From: Octopus sinensis
Lineage: Eukaryota
Direction of reading: 5' to 3'
Assembly: GCF_006345805.1 (NCBI RefSeq)
Contig: NC_042997.1
Coordinates: 434,001-498,000 of the forward strand
Length of the DNA stretch: 64,000 nt
The translations under genes were made by a program, and so were the position numbers. The notes under the pieces are model-generated. The model saw nothing but the letters and a program-made list of their open reading frames with translations, was not told where the DNA came from and did not search any database. Shown piece by piece: positions 61,610 to 64,000 of the stretch. Each line of letters starts with the position of its first letter. The first letter of the stretch is position 1.

Positions 61610-63770
61610 CATATCTTTTGGTACTCTCTGGAAGCCATCTCCTGCGTTGTCAATGACTTGATCGAGAAGCTCCTTGTTACTAGTCACTATCACCTTCTTT
61701 CATATTTTACACTATAAAAATAATAATGAACTCGTTAACAACTGAATATCACTCATAAACATTTATATTTGTATAAACATACTTCGAAACAGACCATTAT
61801 GGAGGATTAAGTTTCTAAGTGGCTAAGTAGGTTTTCATAGAAAGTCTTTTAAAACTATCTAGGGGAAGGCTTAGGTGTGAAAAGTGGCTGATAGCATACT
61901 CTAGAAGAAAGAATATACTTCAGAAAAGATCTGTTTATATAATATGATTAATTTATATGTCAAGAAACAGCAGAAATGTTCTACTTGAATTTAAATTTAA
62001 CAATATACCTTACTTTTTACCGTATCAAAATATTTGTTTCTACAACTCATTAACATATTTGGTTCAGGTATTCTAGCAAGATCGGATATTAGAATGATAT
62101 TATGTTATCTTTGCAAATGACAGTATGACGATGCAAATTATAAGTTATCTTAAAATCTAATAATGCTCTTGAATGTATAATTAGATTAATTTGTTGTTTT
62201 CACACATTCTAAGAATTCTTAAATCACATATTTGCTTCTGTTATTAAGAATGTTGGAAATGGTCTATACTCCTTTAATAATACTAACAAAGACGAATTTC
62301 TTCCAAAAGCATAAAGCGACCTTTTGTATGAAAGGAGGTATAATCCAATAAAATGACCTCATTTCATCATTGGTATTATAGTTGATGAGTGACGGACTGA
62401 AGTAATCTCGAACAACCTGGCTTATTGAATTAAATACTCCCGCAAACAGTTTGCTATCTAAAAATAATATTTTTATATTACTTTAACGTATTTTTGGTGA
62501 ATCATCCTCGTGTTTTCTTGACTACTGTTCGTTTCTGGAATTCCATATTGCACTATCTTAAGTTTAATATCAAGACTGATAATGTTGTCGCAGTCAGTAT
62601 AATTCTACCTTCAAATATATAAAAAGAATCTCTCATGCTGGTAGGAAAAATTGATTCAAATTTTATGACAACCGAATAGAGCTATGTATATAGAGCCATT
62701 CAAACTGCGAGAAATACTCGTTAAAATATCTCACTTAAATACAACTCTACTGTATAAAACGAAAAGATTATTTTGAATAACGTGGTTCTGGATGCCACAC
62801 TTAGTATAGAATATGGTATGGACACGTCTAGAACAACTTTGGTTGCAAGTCTGCTTATTCAGGAATTTGCTATTGGGATAGCAGAACCATTAAATTATCT
62901 TTGAATTTAATATTTAATATAGCAAATTTTTTTATTACAAATTTTTCTAAAAATGCATGTGTAAAACGCCTTATCATTTAACCCGGAGTTAAATAGATAC
63001 AAACAATGAACTAATATTTTAGTATTTTCATATTTTACGTATTATCACAGATTCTCAAAGCTCATGTTGCTTTTTTAAGGCTCATGTGTTACCAAAACTG
63101 AACCTATTTAAAATTTGCGACTGATTATAAAGTTTCTTAAAATGTGCATCATTTATTGATATTAGAAGTCACTTGTATATAAAGTTAACTCTTTCGAATA
63201 TTTGACTGGTTGACATCCCTGCCTTTTTATGTAGTACATGTAACCATCAATAACGTATTTCTAAAATAATAAATGTAGTAATTTATTGTGAAAAAATAAT
63301 GCGAACATTTTCTGAATTTCTTGATTTAACAAGGCAGTAATATTTCTATATAATTAAAACCTAACATCACACTCCATTTTTTTTTCAGATGCAATTCTCA
63401 TTATTGGGATTTCCCACTTACATTTTAAGTTTCCCCATTATGTTTCTGTCATCGCAGTTATTATGATAATTTACTGGATAAGAAACTTAAATTTATTAGT
63501 CCTCAACAGATCGGGCTAATGTTTTCGGTCTGACCTATTACACTTCATTTCTACATCTTTACATTGTTGGTAGCTTAAATTTTATCGTCTAATAATTATT
63601 TATAAACTAACAAGTTTAGTACATTATTGTACTTAGAGTCGCACTGCAAGATACTTCATCAGATGTCACAGGAGATCACAAACGATTTAGGTAACAGCAG
63701 TTATTAGTATCCGTCATGATAGCAGAAATCATGACAGTACCAATACTAGTAGTATCTTTTATATGATAAC
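61610..63770 (+). pseudogene. Decayed cadherin repeats and TM-like segment (block J)
   Basis: Q*LDREAPCY* (61651-61683); TDHYGGLS (61789); IGIAEPLNY (~62873); LLVSVMIAEIMTVPILVVSFI* (63701-63766). Confidence 0.5.
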
Positions 63771-64000
63771 ACACTATCGATACCATTTAAACAAAATGTG
63801 TCAAGCCACTAATAAACGTCATTTTACATGAAATATATTTATAAACTTCCTTAAAAATATAAGCCGTCTAATCTTCATCCTTTAACTCAAATTTTGATAA
63901 GACGACAGATTATGAAAGTAACACTATAACTTTCGATATGCTCTATAATATCCCAAGATGCAAATCCTTAAAATACATTATCTGAAACAATCAAACCAGG

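Overview
AT-rich, microsatellite-saturated animal genomic DNA. The SINE families look like octopus/coleoid cephalopod repeats (inferred from recalled sequences, no search run). The only intact long ORF is a full-length RTE-clade LINE (16687-20016; APE endonuclease, RT, CCHH finger). The window also holds many TE fossils: Tc1/mariner, a DD41D MITE, L1/Tx1, R4/Dong-like RLE elements set in (TAA)n, Penelope remnants with a hammerhead ribozyme core, a non-autonomous Helitron, and several tRNA-derived SINE families including tandem multimers. Main unexpected signal: hand translation of the apparently unique DNA between repeats gives, repeatedly on the + strand, stop- and frameshift-riddled cadherin-repeat motifs (DxNDNxP, VxEN, ATD/DxG, FSID, LDRE/IDFE) and several transmembrane-like segments. 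I read this as a decayed array of protocadherin/cadherin pseudogenes broken up by transposons. This rests on by-eye motif matching, mostly of the + strand, and needs HMM confirmation. Two adjacent long hairpins lie at 56.2-56.8 kb. No intact host gene, rRNA, true tRNA gene or CRISPR array could be supported.
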